Assembly: GCF_009914755.1 (NCBI RefSeq)
Contig: NC_060928.1
Direction: 5' to 3' (one strand)
Source of the DNA: the human T2T-CHM13v2.0 reference genome, Homo sapiens
DNA: 64,000 nucleotides
A program made the translations under genes and the position numbers. Shown one piece after another: positions 62,161-64,000 of the stretch (the first letter of the stretch is position 1; the number at the start of each line of letters is the position of its first letter). Under the pieces are notes generated by a model. That model saw only the letters and a program-made list of their open reading frames with translations. It did no database searches and was not told the origin of the DNA.

Positions 62161-62688
62161 CAGTGGTCCCCAAATTTTTTGGCACCAGGGATCAGTTTTG
62201 TGGAAGACACTTTTTTCCACGGATGGGTTGGGGGGATGGTTTCAGGATGATTCAGGTACATTACATTTATTGTGCACTTTATTTCTATTATTATTACATT
62301 GTAATATATAATGAAATAATTATACAACTCACCATAATATAAAATCCATGGGAGCCCTGAGCTTGTTATCCTGCAACTATACAGTCCCACCTGGGGGTGA
62401 TGGGAGACAGTGACAGATCATCAGGCCTTAGATTCTCATAAGGAACATGCAGCCTAGATCCCTCGCATGTGCAGTTCACAACAGGGTTCAAGCTCCTGTG
62501 AGGATCTAATGCTGCTGTTGATCTGACAGGAGGCAGCGCTCGGTGGTAATGCGAGTGATGGGGTGTGGCTGTAAATACAGAGGAAGCTTCACTCGCAGAC
62601 CACTCACCTGCTCTGCAGCCGGGTTCCCAACAGGCCCAGTTCCTAACAGGCCGGTACTGGTCTGTGGCCTGGGGGTTGGGGACCCCTG
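62161..62688 (-). mobile_element. MER1A (hAT-Charlie), inserted in an L2 relic in CDS1 intron 1
   Basis: TIRs cagtggtccccaa and ttggggacccctg; perfect 8-bp TSD gcttagag at 62153-62160 and 62689-62696; 528 bp. Confidence 0.92.
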
Positions 62689-63631
62689 GCTTAGAGGACA
62701 TCATCAGTAGTACTTAGGAATAAGGGCTGAGATAGAACGTGGAGTTTAGCAAAAGATCTAAGTAGAAGCAAGTTTAGGTTGAGGAAATTGAGAGGTGAAA
62801 TGTTGGTAGTTATTGTTATAAAGTGGCAGTGAAAGGAATACAGGATGGCAACTAGAGAGACAGGAGGATTAATGAAGATTTTTCTTTTCAGAGGAGGGGA
62901 GATATATATTTGTATGAAAGTCAAATGAGTAAAGATGTTGAAGACAATGGGTAGGCCCTAGGAAAAAGAAAGCAAACATGGGGTAGAGACTATGGATTAT
63001 TGGGATATCCAAGGAAAGAAAAGAGGGATGCATGTCTTTTCCTTAAGAAAAGAAAGACGGAATGAAGAGTGGATACAGGAACATTTTGAAAAGCAGAAAG
63101 GAGAAGATCAAATGTTGGATGCCTTCAGTTAGTAAAGTAGGAACTCAGAACCAATGAGCTTCAAGGGATCTTAGAAACAACTTGGTTTAACTCAATTCAT
63201 ATATATTTGTATTTGTATATATTTATATATAATTTGGTATATATACAATTAAATTTTAAACAATAAATTTGTATTCAGTTGAATCTTCACTGAGTTTAAT
63301 AATTCTGTATAGTTTTATAATAGTTACCTTTTGGTCATTTCCTATCACACTTCCCAAAAATGACAGTTCAGATGTGTTCCAGTCACGTTCAGTGTTGTGT
63401 GACTGTGTGTTAGGAATATCCCCATTTAATAGCTGAGAATAAGAAAAGCAATGGGAGTGATTTAGGCCTGGGGAGTGCCAGAGGTCCAGGATGTAGGGAA
63501 TTAGAGAGTCAGTGAAGCCAAGATTGAAGTGGATGACCACAGATTCAGGTCGGCAGGGAAGTGGGCTGGTGAAGATCTAATGGGTTGAGTGGGAATGAGT
63601 ATTGAAACAGAAAGAGCTAAGACATGACTTA

Positions 63632-64000
63632 TGTAGAGACCAAGGGAGAACTTCCCCTCTGCCCTCTGAAGACTTGCCAGAAAAAACTGACAACAGGTAG
63701 ATTAATCGGAGAAATGGCATACAAGTTTATTAACGTGTGGGGTGGGAGGAGGGAGACAGAGTGATTACCTGAACCCCAAGAGGCTCAGAAGCTTATATAC
63801 CATCTTGAGGCAAAGGTGGTCCTGTCATGTAGATGAAACCTCATAGGGAGGAGCCCTCAGAGAGAATAGATGGTGAATATTTCTTTCAGACCTTTAAAAG
63901 TGTCAGACTCTCAGTTAGTCTTTCCTAGATCCAGACAAGAGAGAACCTTCAGAGAAGGCCAGGTTGCATCAATGCAGATTTTCTCTACAGACACAAATCT
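63632..64000 (-). mobile_element. MER34/MER39-group ERV1 LTR, running off the window end
   Basis: tgtagagaccaagggagaacttcccctctgccctctgaag...gcatacaagtttattaac; ctcagagagaatagatgg...tcagacctttaaa. Confidence 0.65.

Overview
Primate DNA, most likely human. It is about 58 kb of repeat-dense intergenic sequence followed by the CpG-island promoter, first coding exon (59399-59515, MLELRHRGSC...ESTSDK) and start of intron 1 of CDS1 (CDP-diacylglycerol synthase 1; from memory 4q21, next to NKX6-1, which is not in the window). Nearly all ORFs in the track are L1 or Alu artefacts. Recognisable elements include several L1PA copies (one twin-primed 5'-inverted copy inside a Tigger3b, one full-length old copy inside an MLT2 LTR, one 5'-only copy), about 20 Alus, a solo HERV-H LTR7B, THE1, MST, MLT1, MER50 and MER34-like LTRs, DNA-transposon MITEs (MER8, MER53, MER1A, Tigger3), MIR and L2 relics, and a 5'-truncated RPL3 processed pseudogene. 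I see no convincing new multi-gene system. The best leads are the CDS1 leader (an upstream ATG in frame with CDS1 and blocked by a single UGA-C stop), an overlapping CRE/SRE-like promoter element, two template-switch inverted duplications (8122-8233 and 54907-54957), and an unexplained exon-like, coding-like segment on the minus strand (33320-33990). Repeat subfamily names are by recall of consensus sequences, not by alignment.
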